From Nonlabens ponticola (GTDB lineage: Bacteria; Bacteroidota; Bacteroidia; Flavobacteriales; Flavobacteriaceae), in NCBI RefSeq assembly GCF_003966335.1, contig NZ_CP034549.1:1560001-1592000 (forward strand): a DNA stretch of 32,000 nucleotides, read 5' to 3'. Every line of letters begins with the position of its first letter. Positions within the stretch are counted from its first letter, which is position 1. The position numbers and the translations under genes are program-made. Positions 20,198 to 29,380 of this stretch are shown in pieces. Under the pieces are notes generated by a model. That model saw nothing but the letters and a program-made list of their open reading frames with translations. It was not told the DNA's origin and ran no database searches.

Positions 20198-21196
20198 ATG
20201 CAGCCACTAGAATACTCCTTTATCATACCTGTTTATAATCGACCAGATGAGGTCGAGGCATTACTCTCAAGCCTATCTCGATTAGAGTTTGAACGTGCAT
20301 TTGAGGTGGTAATCATAGAAGATGGTTCTATGGACCGCTGTGATGGAGTATGTTCTCGCTTTCGCGAAAGCTTAAACATTTCATACTTCTACAAGAAAAA
20401 CACAGGCCCTGGAGATTCTCGCAATTATGGCATGCAACACGCCAACGGAAATTATTTCATCATACTCGATAGTGATTGTATCATCCCAGATCAATATTTG
20501 AATCATGTGGACGCTTACCTGAGTATAAATTATGTGGACTGTTACGGTGGTCCAGATGCTGCTCATGAGAATTTCACAGTTCTGCAGAAGGCGATCAATT
20601 ACAGTATGACATCTATTTTAACTACTGGCGGCATACGTGGCGGTGATGTGCAGGTGAATAAATTCCAGCCGCGCAGCTTTAATATGGGATTGAGTAAAGA
20701 GGCTTTTGAGGCGACAGGTGGTTACGGCAATATTCATCCTGGTGAAGATCCAGACCTGAGCATACGTTTGTGGAATGCAGGATATAAAACAGCGCTTATA
20801 AATGAGGCACATGTTTATCATGAGCGGCGTACCTCATGGAGATTATTTTACAAACAGGTTAGAAAATTTGGGATGGTGCGAGTGATTCTTAACAAGTGGC
20901 ATCCTTCAACAGCAAAACTTACGTATTGGTTTCCCACTTTGTTTTGTGTCTTTGTCGCAATGGCGATTTTGTGGGCAATCTGTGGATGGTTCTGGTATCT
21001 CTATCTCGTCTTAGTTTATGTAGCAATCGTATTTATTCATTCTACTTTTAAGAATGGATTTAAGGTAGGTACCTATAGTGTTATGGCAACATTGATTCAA
21101 TTTACTGGATATGGATTGGGCTTTTTGACTAGTTTTATACAAATCAATGTAAGAGGTCGTGACGAGCGAGAAGCATTTCCGCATTTATTTTTCTAA
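20198..21196 (+). CDS. Family 2 glycosyltransferase with C-terminal TM segments
   Basis: It has the GT2 motifs FIIPVYNRPDEV, VIIEDGS and ILDSDC, and hydrophobic helices near the C-terminus. Confidence 0.8.
   Translation: MQPLEYSFIIPVYNRPDEVEALLSSLSRLEFERAFEVVIIEDGSMDRCDGVCSRFRESLNISYFYKKNTGPGDSRNYGMQHANGNYFIILDSDCIIPDQYLNHVDAYLSINYVDCYGGPDAAHENFTVLQKAINYSMTSILTTGGIRGGDVQVNKFQPRSFNMGLSKEAFEATGGYGNIHPGEDPDLSIRLWNAGYKTALINEAHVYHERRTSWRLFYKQVRKFGMVRVILNKWHPSTAKLTYWFPTLFCVFVAMAILWAICGWFWYLYLVLVYVAIVFIHSTFKNGFKVGTYSVMATLIQFTGYGLGFLTSFIQINVRGRDEREAFPHLFF
20358..20371. repeat. Iterated palindrome GCTTTCGCGAAAGC, copy 6
   Basis: Exact 14/14 match with flanks c...t. Here it is read in a different frame, as (S)RFRES(L), within the GT2 gene. 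Confidence 0.95.
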
Positions 21197-21210
21197 CAAG
21201 ATTGAGTCCT

Positions 21211-22137
21211 ATGTCTTATAAAAAGTTTTTTGTTTTTTTTGTTTTCATTCTTGCAGCCGCGTTGATGTGGTTTTTATCAAGGTATAATTCTCAATATAGA
21301 GAACAGGTAGTTATTAAAACTAGCTTTGTCAGTGTGCCTAATCAAGTAAACCTTGATGTGCAGGACCGCAGTATTGACGTGATGACTACCATTGAGTCTA
21401 GTGGTTTTAGATTACTATGGATGAATTATCAATCGCTAGAATCTCAATTAGAATTTGACGAGGTAGTATCCTTAAATGATGGTGAATATATTTTTGATCC
21501 TCAACGAGCGCTATCAAGTTATGATGAACAACTAGGCGAACCATTTAAAGTGGTGTCCATTGATACGGATCCTATAACCTTGTCTTATTCCCGCTTCAAG
21601 TCAAAAACCATAATGCTTGAAAAAGATTTTGATGTCACCTTTACTGGTAGCTACCAACAACTGGGCGATGGTTTTTTCAATCAAGAGCAAGTAGAAGTAA
21701 CAGGAAATGATGAGCGACTAGATAGCTTACAACGATTGAAAGTGACGATGCTTGATGTGGTAGTAAAAGATACAATGACAATAAAAACCATTGAATTAGA
21801 CTCCTTATATCCAGATTTTAAATTTGAACCATCAGCTGTTACTTATAGCATTAGGGCCGCACAAATGACTGAAGGTAATTTGAGGATACCAGTCACAGTG
21901 ATTAATAAACCATCAAACGTACTCGTGCGATTGATTCCAGAAAATGTCAACTTGGTTTTTACGGCACGATTAGATCAATTCGAAACGGTAACGGAGAATG
22001 ATTTTAAAGTAACTATTGACTATCGCAAACTCGATAATGCAGATACGAGCGCGATACCAGATATCGAGATCCTAACAGACGCCGTTCTAGAAGCAAGAAC
22101 ACAACCTGCGGCGATTCAAGTATTGAGCATAGAATGA
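21211..22137 (+). CDS. YbbR-like domain protein (membrane anchored)
   Basis: The ATG at 21211 (MSYKKFFVFFVFILAAALMWFL) gives an N-terminal TM anchor, followed by repeated beta-rich modules. It lies directly upstream of coaE and overlaps it. The assignment comes from synteny and architecture, not from a strong motif. Confidence 0.45.
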   Translation: MSYKKFFVFFVFILAAALMWFLSRYNSQYREQVVIKTSFVSVPNQVNLDVQDRSIDVMTTIESSGFRLLWMNYQSLESQLEFDEVVSLNDGEYIFDPQRALSSYDEQLGEPFKVVSIDTDPITLSYSRFKSKTIMLEKDFDVTFTGSYQQLGDGFFNQEQVEVTGNDERLDSLQRLKVTMLDVVVKDTMTIKTIELDSLYPDFKFEPSAVTYSIRAAQMTEGNLRIPVTVINKPSNVLVRLIPENVNLVFTARLDQFETVTENDFKVTIDYRKLDNADTSAIPDIEILTDAVLEARTQPAAIQVLSIE

Positions 22138-22727
22138 GAATCATAGGACTTACCGGTGGTATAGGTAGTGGTAAGACTACTGTTGCAAGAATGTTTGAAG
22201 ATTTAGGCGTGCCCTTATTTATTGCAGATGATGTGTCAAAAACGATACTTGCGACTGATCTAGAGGCGCGAGTCGAGATTAAGAATCTTCTTGGCGAGCA
22301 AAGTTTTAAAACGATTAATGACGAGGTTGTACCCGACAAAAAATATATCGCAAGTCAAGTTTTTACGGATCAAGATAAGTTACAAGGACTAAACCGAATT
22401 CTTCATCCTAGAGTAAGAATTGCCTTTGAGAAGTGGCTGCATGATCAGAGATCCTCATTTATAATTTATGAAGCCGCCATTTTATTTGAGTCGGGTGGTG
22501 ATGCAATTTGTGATGAGGTCATACTAGTAACTGCTCCAAAGCTTGAAAGAATATCTCGTGTTATGAAGCGCGATGGCTCAACTAAGACTGATGTAAGTAA
22601 TAGATTACAAAACCAGTGGAATGACATCCAACGTCTGGAAAAGTCAAATTATGTTATTGTAAATAAGGATTTGCAACAAACTGAGTCTTTTGTAAAATAT
22701 ACTTATGATTTTCTGTTAAAAAATTAA
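22134..22727 (+). CDS. coaE: Dephospho-CoA kinase
   Basis: 197 aa with the P-loop IGLTGGIGSGKTTVA at the N-terminus. It has the typical CoaE length and ends ...RLQNQW. Confidence 0.9.
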   Translation: MRIIGLTGGIGSGKTTVARMFEDLGVPLFIADDVSKTILATDLEARVEIKNLLGEQSFKTINDEVVPDKKYIASQVFTDQDKLQGLNRILHPRVRIAFEKWLHDQRSSFIIYEAAILFESGGDAICDEVILVTAPKLERISRVMKRDGSTKTDVSNRLQNQWNDIQRLEKSNYVIVNKDLQQTESFVKYTYDFLLKN

Positions 22728-22792
22728 ATATTCATCAATATTTAAGATCGTTAATATTGGGTTAAAGGCTTATTAACACTTTGGCTAAATGT

Positions 22793-22800
22793 TAAATTTG
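22793..22800 (+). promoter_or_regulatory. Candidate -7 promoter box TAAATTTG
   Basis: It matches TAnnTTTG but ends only 4 nt before the GTG at 22805. Either the kinase mRNA is leaderless, the true start is the ATG at 22841, or the box is fortuitous. Confidence 0.3.
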
Positions 22801-22804
22801 CCTC

Positions 22805-24376
22805 GTGCAAAAGAATCTCCTTTTCTTCCTAATAGGGCTCATGAGCCTATCCCTAATTGGGATTATTATAGTGCAGGTTTACTGGATACTTAATAGTATC
22901 GAGAGTAAGGATGAGCAGTTCTCTCTCGCAGTAACTCAATCATTGATAAGTGTTGCCCGAGAACTAGAAAATAGCGAGTATGAGATTTACTATGACGCGT
23001 TAAGAGAGCTAGAAGATAGTTTAGGAAAGGATACAGATCCAGCCACACTGAGGAAAATATTACTGAAGCAACGCCGCAAAAGAGTAAGCACAAACGCACG
23101 TTTGTCTAACAATCCACTTTCTGAAAATACAAAGCTAGATCCACAATTTGAAAACATTGAGATTGACAGTGTGTTTCCTAATAGAGCCAACAAAATCAAT
23201 AGATCTGAAATAAGTCAAATTAAAAGCCCTGGTAATACTAATACAGAATCAAGATTCGCTAGATTATTGGAAAGAGATAATTATGCTAGAAAGGTCACTG
23301 GTGAGTCAGTAAGTGAGTACAATAGCATGTTACCTATTACACAGCGTATATCGTCCACATTAGTACGCAATTTGATTTCGCAAGAGCTTGAAAAGCGACC
23401 AATTATCAATTCTCAATTTGAATTTGCCATTTATCAAGATGGCTTTGCCACTAGAATACAATCAGATAATTTTCAATATGTTGATGGTGGTACCTGGAGT
23501 TATCCTGTGTTGCGATCTAATAACTCTAATGTTGAGCCTTACTACCTGTATTTAAGTCTACCAGACCGTAAAAAAGAGATATTGAGCTCGGTTACTGGGA
23601 TGGCATTGTTGTCATTGATTTTTACCACCGTAATAATTATCGCTTACTCAAATGCCATTAATCAAATTTTTAAGCAACGTCAAATTTCACAGATAAAAAC
23701 AGACTTTATCAATAACATGACGCACGAGTTCAAGACGCCAATCGCTACTATTAATCTTGCACTAGACTCGCTCAAGCATCCTAAGATCAATAGCGATCCA
23801 GAGAAGGTGCAAAATTACCTGCGCATGATACGTGAGGAAAATAAACGTATGCATAGTCAAGTAGAAAATGTGCTGCGTATATCAAAGCTTGAGAAAAACA
23901 ATCTTAATATTGAAAAGACTCGATTAGAAATGAATACTGTGATAGAGGACAGTATTACACACATACAATTACTGCTTGAGGAGAAAGGCGGTATTATTAA
24001 ATCACATCTAGGTGCGTTGCGTACTGATGTTTTAGGAAATGAGAGCCACCTAACTAATGTAATTGTCAACGTCTTAGAAAATGCCATAAAGTACACTGAA
24101 GACGCGCCAATCATTGATGTATATACCGAGAATGTGAAAAACAAATTGGTCATAAAGATCAGAGATCAAGGAATAGGAATGACAAAAAGTGCACAGAAAA
24201 AGGCATTTCAAAAGTTCTTTAGAGAACACACAGGAGATATTCATAATGTAAAAGGTCACGGTTTAGGTCTCGCGTATTCAAAACGGATACTTGAAGATCA
24301 CAACGGTGACATATTTGTACAAAGTTCAAAAGGAAATGGTAGTACCTTTTCAATCCATCTACCATTAATAGTTTAA
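22805..24376 (+). CDS. Sensor histidine kinase (two TM helices, about 240-aa extracytoplasmic domain)
   Basis: It has the H-box FINNMTHEFKTPIATI and the N-box NVLENAIKYT, with G-boxes IRDQGIGM and GHGLGL. The GTG start at 22805 gives a full-length TM1; the alternative is the ATG at 22841. Confidence 0.88.
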   Translation: MQKNLLFFLIGLMSLSLIGIIIVQVYWILNSIESKDEQFSLAVTQSLISVARELENSEYEIYYDALRELEDSLGKDTDPATLRKILLKQRRKRVSTNARLSNNPLSENTKLDPQFENIEIDSVFPNRANKINRSEISQIKSPGNTNTESRFARLLERDNYARKVTGESVSEYNSMLPITQRISSTLVRNLISQELEKRPIINSQFEFAIYQDGFATRIQSDNFQYVDGGTWSYPVLRSNNSNVEPYYLYLSLPDRKKEILSSVTGMALLSLIFTTVIIIAYSNAINQIFKQRQISQIKTDFINNMTHEFKTPIATINLALDSLKHPKINSDPEKVQNYLRMIREENKRMHSQVENVLRISKLEKNNLNIEKTRLEMNTVIEDSITHIQLLLEEKGGIIKSHLGALRTDVLGNESHLTNVIVNVLENAIKYTEDAPIIDVYTENVKNKLVIKIRDQGIGMTKSAQKKAFQKFFREHTGDIHNVKGHGLGLAYSKRILEDHNGDIFVQSSKGNGSTFSIHLPLIV

Positions 24377-24393
24377 TCAATCAATCTATAATT

Positions 24394-25110
24394 ATGGAAA
24401 CTGAAAACAAAAAAATTCTGCTTGTTGAGGATGATCCAAATTTTGGAACAGTTCTCAAAGACTACCTAATCATGAATGATTTTGATGTCGTACATGCCAA
24501 AAACGGTATGGAAGGCTTTGAAAAATTCAAGAAAGACAACTATGATCTATGTATCCTAGACGTAATGATGCCTTACAAGGATGGCTTCACACTTGCTAAG
24601 GAGATCAGAGAAAAAAATGAAGATGTGCCTATCGTTTTCCTAACCGCTAAGGCGATGAAAGAAGACGTGTTAAGAGGTTACAAAGTAGGAGCAGACGACT
24701 ACTTGAACAAGCCGTTTGACAGTGAGGTTTTACTCATGAAAGTAAAAGCGATCATACAACGCAAAGGCCAAGACAGCATCGCTGATTCTAAGGAGTTTGA
24801 ATTCCAGATTGGTAATTTCCACCTGAATTCAAAGCTTAGATTCTTGTCCTACAATGATCAGGAGCCTATCAAGCTATCACCTAAGGAAAATGAGTTGCTT
24901 AGACTACTAGCGCTACACCTTAATGACTTGATGCCACGTGAGCTAGCATTGACTAAGATATGGAGAGATGACAATTACTTCACTTCAAGATCTATGGACG
25001 TTTACATCGCAAAACTGCGTAAGTATTTGAAACCAGACGATAATGTCGAGATCGTGAATATTCACGGTGAAGGTTTCCGTTTACTTGTAAAGGATCAAGT
25101 AGATTACTAG
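24394..25110 (+). CDS. OmpR/PhoB-family response regulator (REC plus winged helix)
   Basis: It has the REC motifs ILLVEDD, phospho-acceptor LCILDVMMP, LTAK and KPF. The C-terminal trans_reg_C domain has LSPKENELLRLL...VYIAKLRKYL...GEGFRL. Confidence 0.92.
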   Translation: METENKKILLVEDDPNFGTVLKDYLIMNDFDVVHAKNGMEGFEKFKKDNYDLCILDVMMPYKDGFTLAKEIREKNEDVPIVFLTAKAMKEDVLRGYKVGADDYLNKPFDSEVLLMKVKAIIQRKGQDSIADSKEFEFQIGNFHLNSKLRFLSYNDQEPIKLSPKENELLRLLALHLNDLMPRELALTKIWRDDNYFTSRSMDVYIAKLRKYLKPDDNVEIVNIHGEGFRLLVKDQVDY

Positions 25111-25117
25111 AAACTAA

Positions 25118-26035
25118 TTACTGATTTTCCATAATTGATTTATGAACCTGCCGCACGATTTGCGTGTGGCTGGTTCTATAATCAAACCAGTTAATGTCTG
25201 GATCTTTGCGATACCAGGTCAACTGTCTTTTGGCAAATCTTCTAGAGTTGCGTTTGATCAATCTTATTGCTTCTTCAATGTCATAAGTTCCCTCTAGAAA
25301 AGGAAAAACCTCTTGATAGCCTACGGTTTTCATGGCTCTCAATTCTTTATGTGGTAATAATTCCTGCACTTCTTTTATTAGACCATTCTGCAGCATCACG
25401 TCTACACGCCTATTGATGCGATCATAGAGCTCTTCTCGTGGAGCTTCTAATCCTACTTTATAAATTGTAAATTCTCGTGTACTGGCAACACCTGTTTTAA
25501 ATGAGCTGTATGGTTGACCGCTAGACCTTATGATGGATAAGGCTCTCAACACGCGTCTAGAATTATCTTGATCTATCTCATTAAAGGTCAGTAGATCTTT
25601 TTGTCTTAGCTCTTTTAGTAAGTATGACAATCCATGATTTTTGAGATCCGATTCTAGTTGATCGAGAATTGCTGGATCTACATCAGGAAAATAGTCAAGG
25701 CCATGAGTTACTGCTTTTTCATAAAGTGTGCTGCCGCCTACCATGATCGCGACATCATGTTTGTCAAATAATCTTTTCAATAGATCCATTGCGTCGCGTT
25801 CAAAATCACCAACGCTGTAATCATCGTGAATGCTTCTATTCTGGATAAAATGATGCCGCGCTACCTGTAATTCAACTTCGGTAGGCACAGCTGTTCCTAT
25901 ACTCATTTCCTTGAACAACTGTCTTGAATCGCAGGAAAGTATTTCGGTTTTGTACGCTTTCGCGAAAGCTAAACTCAACGCAGTCTTACCTACCGCAGTA
26001 GGGCCAACAATGCATATTAAATGTTTACTAGACAT
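25118..26035 (-). CDS. miaA: tRNA dimethylallyltransferase
   Basis: 305 aa with the P-loop IVGPTAVGKT, plus SCDSRQLFKEMSIGTA and GGSTLY. It also has a C-terminal YAKRQLTWYR-like segment (FAKRQLTWYRK). Confidence 0.95.
   Translation of the reverse strand: MSSKHLICIVGPTAVGKTALSLAFAKAYKTEILSCDSRQLFKEMSIGTAVPTEVELQVARHHFIQNRSIHDDYSVGDFERDAMDLLKRLFDKHDVAIMVGGSTLYEKAVTHGLDYFPDVDPAILDQLESDLKNHGLSYLLKELRQKDLLTFNEIDQDNSRRVLRALSIIRSSGQPYSSFKTGVASTREFTIYKVGLEAPREELYDRINRRVDVMLQNGLIKEVQELLPHKELRAMKTVGYQEVFPFLEGTYDIEEAIRLIKRNSRRFAKRQLTWYRKDPDINWFDYRTSHTQIVRQVHKSIMENQ
25955..25968. repeat. Iterated palindrome GCTTTCGCGAAAGC, copy 7
   Basis: Exact 14/14 match with flanks c...t. It encodes AFAKA directly after the MiaA P-loop (GKTALSLAFAKAYKTE). 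Confidence 0.95.
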
Positions 26036-26909
26036 CTAAAGAATATCCACATTTATGGCAGTATTCTGCATCATCCTGATGTTTGCGAGCCATACAATTT
26101 TGACAAACTTGTGTGTTGACGTGGCGATAATTGGGATCTTCAATCTGTAGTTTGCCATTATCACTATCATCACTATCCTTGCCGCCAGTTGTATATTCTG
26201 CACTTACAATACCTGTAGGTACAGCGATGATACCATAACCCATAATCATAATAATAGTAGCCAGAAATTGACCCATAGGAGTGACGGGCGCAATATCACC
26301 AAAACCTACTGTGGTAAGTGTCACAATGCACCAATAAATTGATACGGGTATACTTACAAAGCCACTTTCTGCACCTTCTACTAGATACATGATGGTTCCC
26401 ATGATGATTGAAATAACCAAGACGGCAAACAGAAATACCAGTATTTTGGGTAAGCTTGATTTGATTGCTTTACTCAATTTATCTGCCTCACCGATAAATC
26501 GTGTGATCTTAAGAATACGAAAAACCCTCAATAGACGTAAGGCGCGCACGGCTAATAATGCATTGATACCACCTATGAAAAAGGTCAGGTACAACGGTAT
26601 TGTCGACAAAAAATCAATGATACCGTAAAAACTAAAAATATACTTAGTAGGTTTATTGATGGAGATGATGCGCAGTATGTACTCGATAGTGAAGAACACA
26701 GTGATGATCCATTCTGCCAGAATGAATTCATCTGCATACTTAGCGCCAAGCGCTGGAACGCTTTCCAGTAGTACCAGCAGCACGCTAATTATAATTACGA
26801 TTAGCAGCGTCACGTCAAATGCCTTACCTACTGGTGTATCGGCCTCGTAAATTACTTCGTGAATTTTGCGGCGCCAGGCGCTAGATATTTTGGTAGTGCT
26901 TTTAGGCAT
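26028..26909 (-). CDS. Voltage-gated-type K+ channel (6TM, Kv-like) with a C-terminal CxxC...CxxC zinc-ribbon tail
   Basis: It has an S4-like helix with basic residues at every third position (VRALRLLRVFRILKITRF) and the pore signature TLTTVGFGD. The tail is CQNCMARKHQDDAEYCHKCGYSL. It overlaps miaA by 8 nt, and its ATG shares a nucleotide with the stop of the upstream E1 gene. Confidence 0.8.
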   Translation of the reverse strand: MPKSTTKISSAWRRKIHEVIYEADTPVGKAFDVTLLIVIIISVLLVLLESVPALGAKYADEFILAEWIITVFFTIEYILRIISINKPTKYIFSFYGIIDFLSTIPLYLTFFIGGINALLAVRALRLLRVFRILKITRFIGEADKLSKAIKSSLPKILVFLFAVLVISIIMGTIMYLVEGAESGFVSIPVSIYWCIVTLTTVGFGDIAPVTPMGQFLATIIMIMGYGIIAVPTGIVSAEYTTGGKDSDDSDNGKLQIEDPNYRHVNTQVCQNCMARKHQDDAEYCHKCGYSLDV

Positions 26910-29323
26910 TAAGCTTTGCTAGGGTATTTGCTTGGGTTTGCCTCATTCATAATGTTGTACGCCTTATCAAAAACATCATCTGCGCTAGGCTTAGAGAAAT
27001 AGTCTCCATCAGTTCCGTATGCCGGTCTATGATCTTTGGCGGTCAAACATTGTGGTTTGCTATCCAAATATCTCCAGGCGTTTTGGCCATCAACTATAGA
27101 TTGTAATATAAAGGCACTTGCACCACCTGGAACATCTTCATCCACGACTAGCAACCTGTTCGTTTTCTTAACGCTCTCAATAATCTCATGCTCTATATCA
27201 AATGGCAATAAGGATTGCACATCAATAACTTCTACGTCAACGCCTACTTGCGTTAGAAAATCTGCAGCTTCCATCACGATACGTAAGGTTGAGCCGTAAG
27301 AGACGATGGTTAGGTCGTTTCCTTCTTTCAAAGTTTCTATTTTACCTAATGGTGTCTTGAATTCGCCCAGATTTGAAGGTAATTGTTCTTTAAGGCGATA
27401 ACCATTGAGACACTCAACTATTAAAGCTGGCTCGTCGCTAGCCATCATGGTGTTGTAAAATCCTGCAGCTTGAGTCATGTTTCTAGGTACCAAAACATGA
27501 ATACCGCGCACTAGATTAATGATACCACCCATAGGTGAGCCACTGTGCCATATACCTTCCAATCGGTGACCTCTAGTTCTTATGATTACTGGAGCTTTTT
27601 GCCTACCACCAGTTCTATACTGTAAAGTGGCAAGGTCATCGCTCATGAGTTGCAGGCAGTAGAGTAGGTAATCTAGATATTGAATCTCTGCGATAGGGCG
27701 CAGGCCTCTCATGGCCATCCCAATACCTTGTCCTAGAATAGTTGCTTCACGTATCCCGGCATCTGCAACACGCAGCTCGCCATACTTTTCTTGCATTCCT
27801 TCTAGACCTTGATTTACATCGCCTATTTCTCCTGCATCTTCTCCAAAAATGAGTGACTCTGGATACTTGGCAAAAATCGCATCAAAATTATCACGCATGA
27901 TCACGCGCGCATCAACTTCCTCAGGATTATCAGCATATTGCGGAGCAACCGATTCGATATTAGTTGCAGCCCACTGTGATTGACTATATAAGTGGCCACC
28001 GTACGTATCAGATAGGGTATTATTATAATTTGAGATCCATTCATTCAATTGCTTGATGGTATCATGGGTCTCACCTAATGTCAATCGTGCTATTTTTCTA
28101 GCAGTTGCAAGTACTTCCTTGCGTATAGGTTCTTTGATGTTTGATAACTCAGTAACCAATGGTTGAATAAAGTTCTTGTTTGAAGAAACTGAAACTACCT
28201 GGTTGAGTAATGACACTAGTTCATCACGCTCTGCAAGGATAGGAGCTAGGTAGTTATTCCACGCAGCTTTTTTGCCTTCACGCACTTGTTTTTTAATATC
28301 TTTTTCGAGGGCTTCCAACTCATCAGCGGTAGAAAGATTGTTTTCCAGAATCCACTCACGGAATTTTACATTACAATCATGTTCACGTTCCCACGCAAGT
28401 CTATCCTCATCTTTATAGCGTTCGTGTGATCCACTGGTACTGTGGCCTTGCGGTTGCGTGAGCTCATGCACGTGGATTAATATTGGTACATGCTCATCAC
28501 GAGCGATGCTACCTGCTTTCTCATAGGTTTCAACAAGCTCTGGATAATTCCATCCTTTTACTTTGAATATTTCATAACCATCATGATTTTCATCACGCTG
28601 GAATCCTGCTTGAATGGTGCTTATATCTTCCTTAGTGGTTTGATGTCTCGCATGTACTGAGATACCGTACTCGTCGTCCCAAACGCTAATTACCATAGGT
28701 ACTTGAAGCACGCCACCAGCATTAAAAGTTTCCCAGAAGTGACCTTCACTGGTACTTGCATTACCTATTGTACCCCAAGCAACTTCATTTCCTTTATTTG
28801 AGAAACCGTTATTATCATCTATGAGATCGTTGTGACGATATATTTTGGATGCTTGTGCCAGTCCTAATAATCTGGGCATTTGGGCAGCCGTTGGACTAAT
28901 ATCTGCACTAGAGTTTTTTTGATCTACTAGTCTTTTCCATGAGCCATCTTCATTCAAACTATGGGTTGCAAAATGACCACCCATTTGACGTCCGGCACTC
29001 ATTGGTTCATGCGCTAGATCAGTATTTGCATACAATCCAGCAAAAAATTGTTCAATGGTTAATTCTCCTATCGCCATCATGAATGTCTGATCCCGATAGT
29101 ATCCACTGCGAAAATCTCCATTCTTAAAAGCTCGTGCCCAGGCAATTTGCGGTAATTCCTTACCATCGCCAAAGATTCCAAACTTTGCCTTACCAGTAAG
29201 TACCTCACGACGACCCAGCAAACTACACTCACGGCTTGTGACTGCTAGCTTGTAATCGTTGATGACCTCGTGTTTAAAGTCTTGTTTTTGAAGTTCTTTT
29301 TCTGTGGTTTCCTGTACCTGCAT
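26909..29323 (-). CDS. Fused alpha/beta E1 component of a 2-oxoacid dehydrogenase (TPP-dependent)
   Basis: About 800 aa. The N-terminal half resembles E1-alpha (PRLLGLAQA, TSEGHFWETFNAGGVLQVP). The C-terminal half resembles E1-beta/transketolase Pyr plus C domains (FGEDAGEIGDVNQG, IREATILGQGIGMAMRGLRPIAEIQYLDY, DLTIVSYGS). I prefer the ATG at 29323 (MQVQETTEK...) over the TTG at 29374 used by the ORF track. Confidence 0.8.
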   Translation of the reverse strand: MQVQETTEKELQKQDFKHEVINDYKLAVTSRECSLLGRREVLTGKAKFGIFGDGKELPQIAWARAFKNGDFRSGYYRDQTFMMAIGELTIEQFFAGLYANTDLAHEPMSAGRQMGGHFATHSLNEDGSWKRLVDQKNSSADISPTAAQMPRLLGLAQASKIYRHNDLIDDNNGFSNKGNEVAWGTIGNASTSEGHFWETFNAGGVLQVPMVISVWDDEYGISVHARHQTTKEDISTIQAGFQRDENHDGYEIFKVKGWNYPELVETYEKAGSIARDEHVPILIHVHELTQPQGHSTSGSHERYKDEDRLAWEREHDCNVKFREWILENNLSTADELEALEKDIKKQVREGKKAAWNNYLAPILAERDELVSLLNQVVSVSSNKNFIQPLVTELSNIKEPIRKEVLATARKIARLTLGETHDTIKQLNEWISNYNNTLSDTYGGHLYSQSQWAATNIESVAPQYADNPEEVDARVIMRDNFDAIFAKYPESLIFGEDAGEIGDVNQGLEGMQEKYGELRVADAGIREATILGQGIGMAMRGLRPIAEIQYLDYLLYCLQLMSDDLATLQYRTGGRQKAPVIIRTRGHRLEGIWHSGSPMGGIINLVRGIHVLVPRNMTQAAGFYNTMMASDEPALIVECLNGYRLKEQLPSNLGEFKTPLGKIETLKEGNDLTIVSYGSTLRIVMEAADFLTQVGVDVEVIDVQSLLPFDIEHEIIESVKKTNRLLVVDEDVPGGASAFILQSIVDGQNAWRYLDSKPQCLTAKDHRPAYGTDGDYFSKPSADDVFDKAYNIMNEANPSKYPSKA

Positions 29324-29380
29324 TTGCGTGATTGTGTATCTAACAAAGGTAAGGGAAAGCCTATGTAGTTGCAACCACCG

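Noticed and set aside
22013-22339. 108-aa antisense ORF spanning the YbbR-like/coaE junction, and the 98-aa ORF 23857..24153 antisense to the histidine kinase
   Set aside because: These are the longest of the shadow ORFs, but they are low-complexity (Ser/Leu/Arg-rich) and opposite well-supported CDSs with recognisable motifs.
22728-22760. AAATATT-CATC-AATATTT hairpin after coaE as a terminator
   Set aside because: The stem is 7 bp of A/T only, with no T-run, and is too weak to call.
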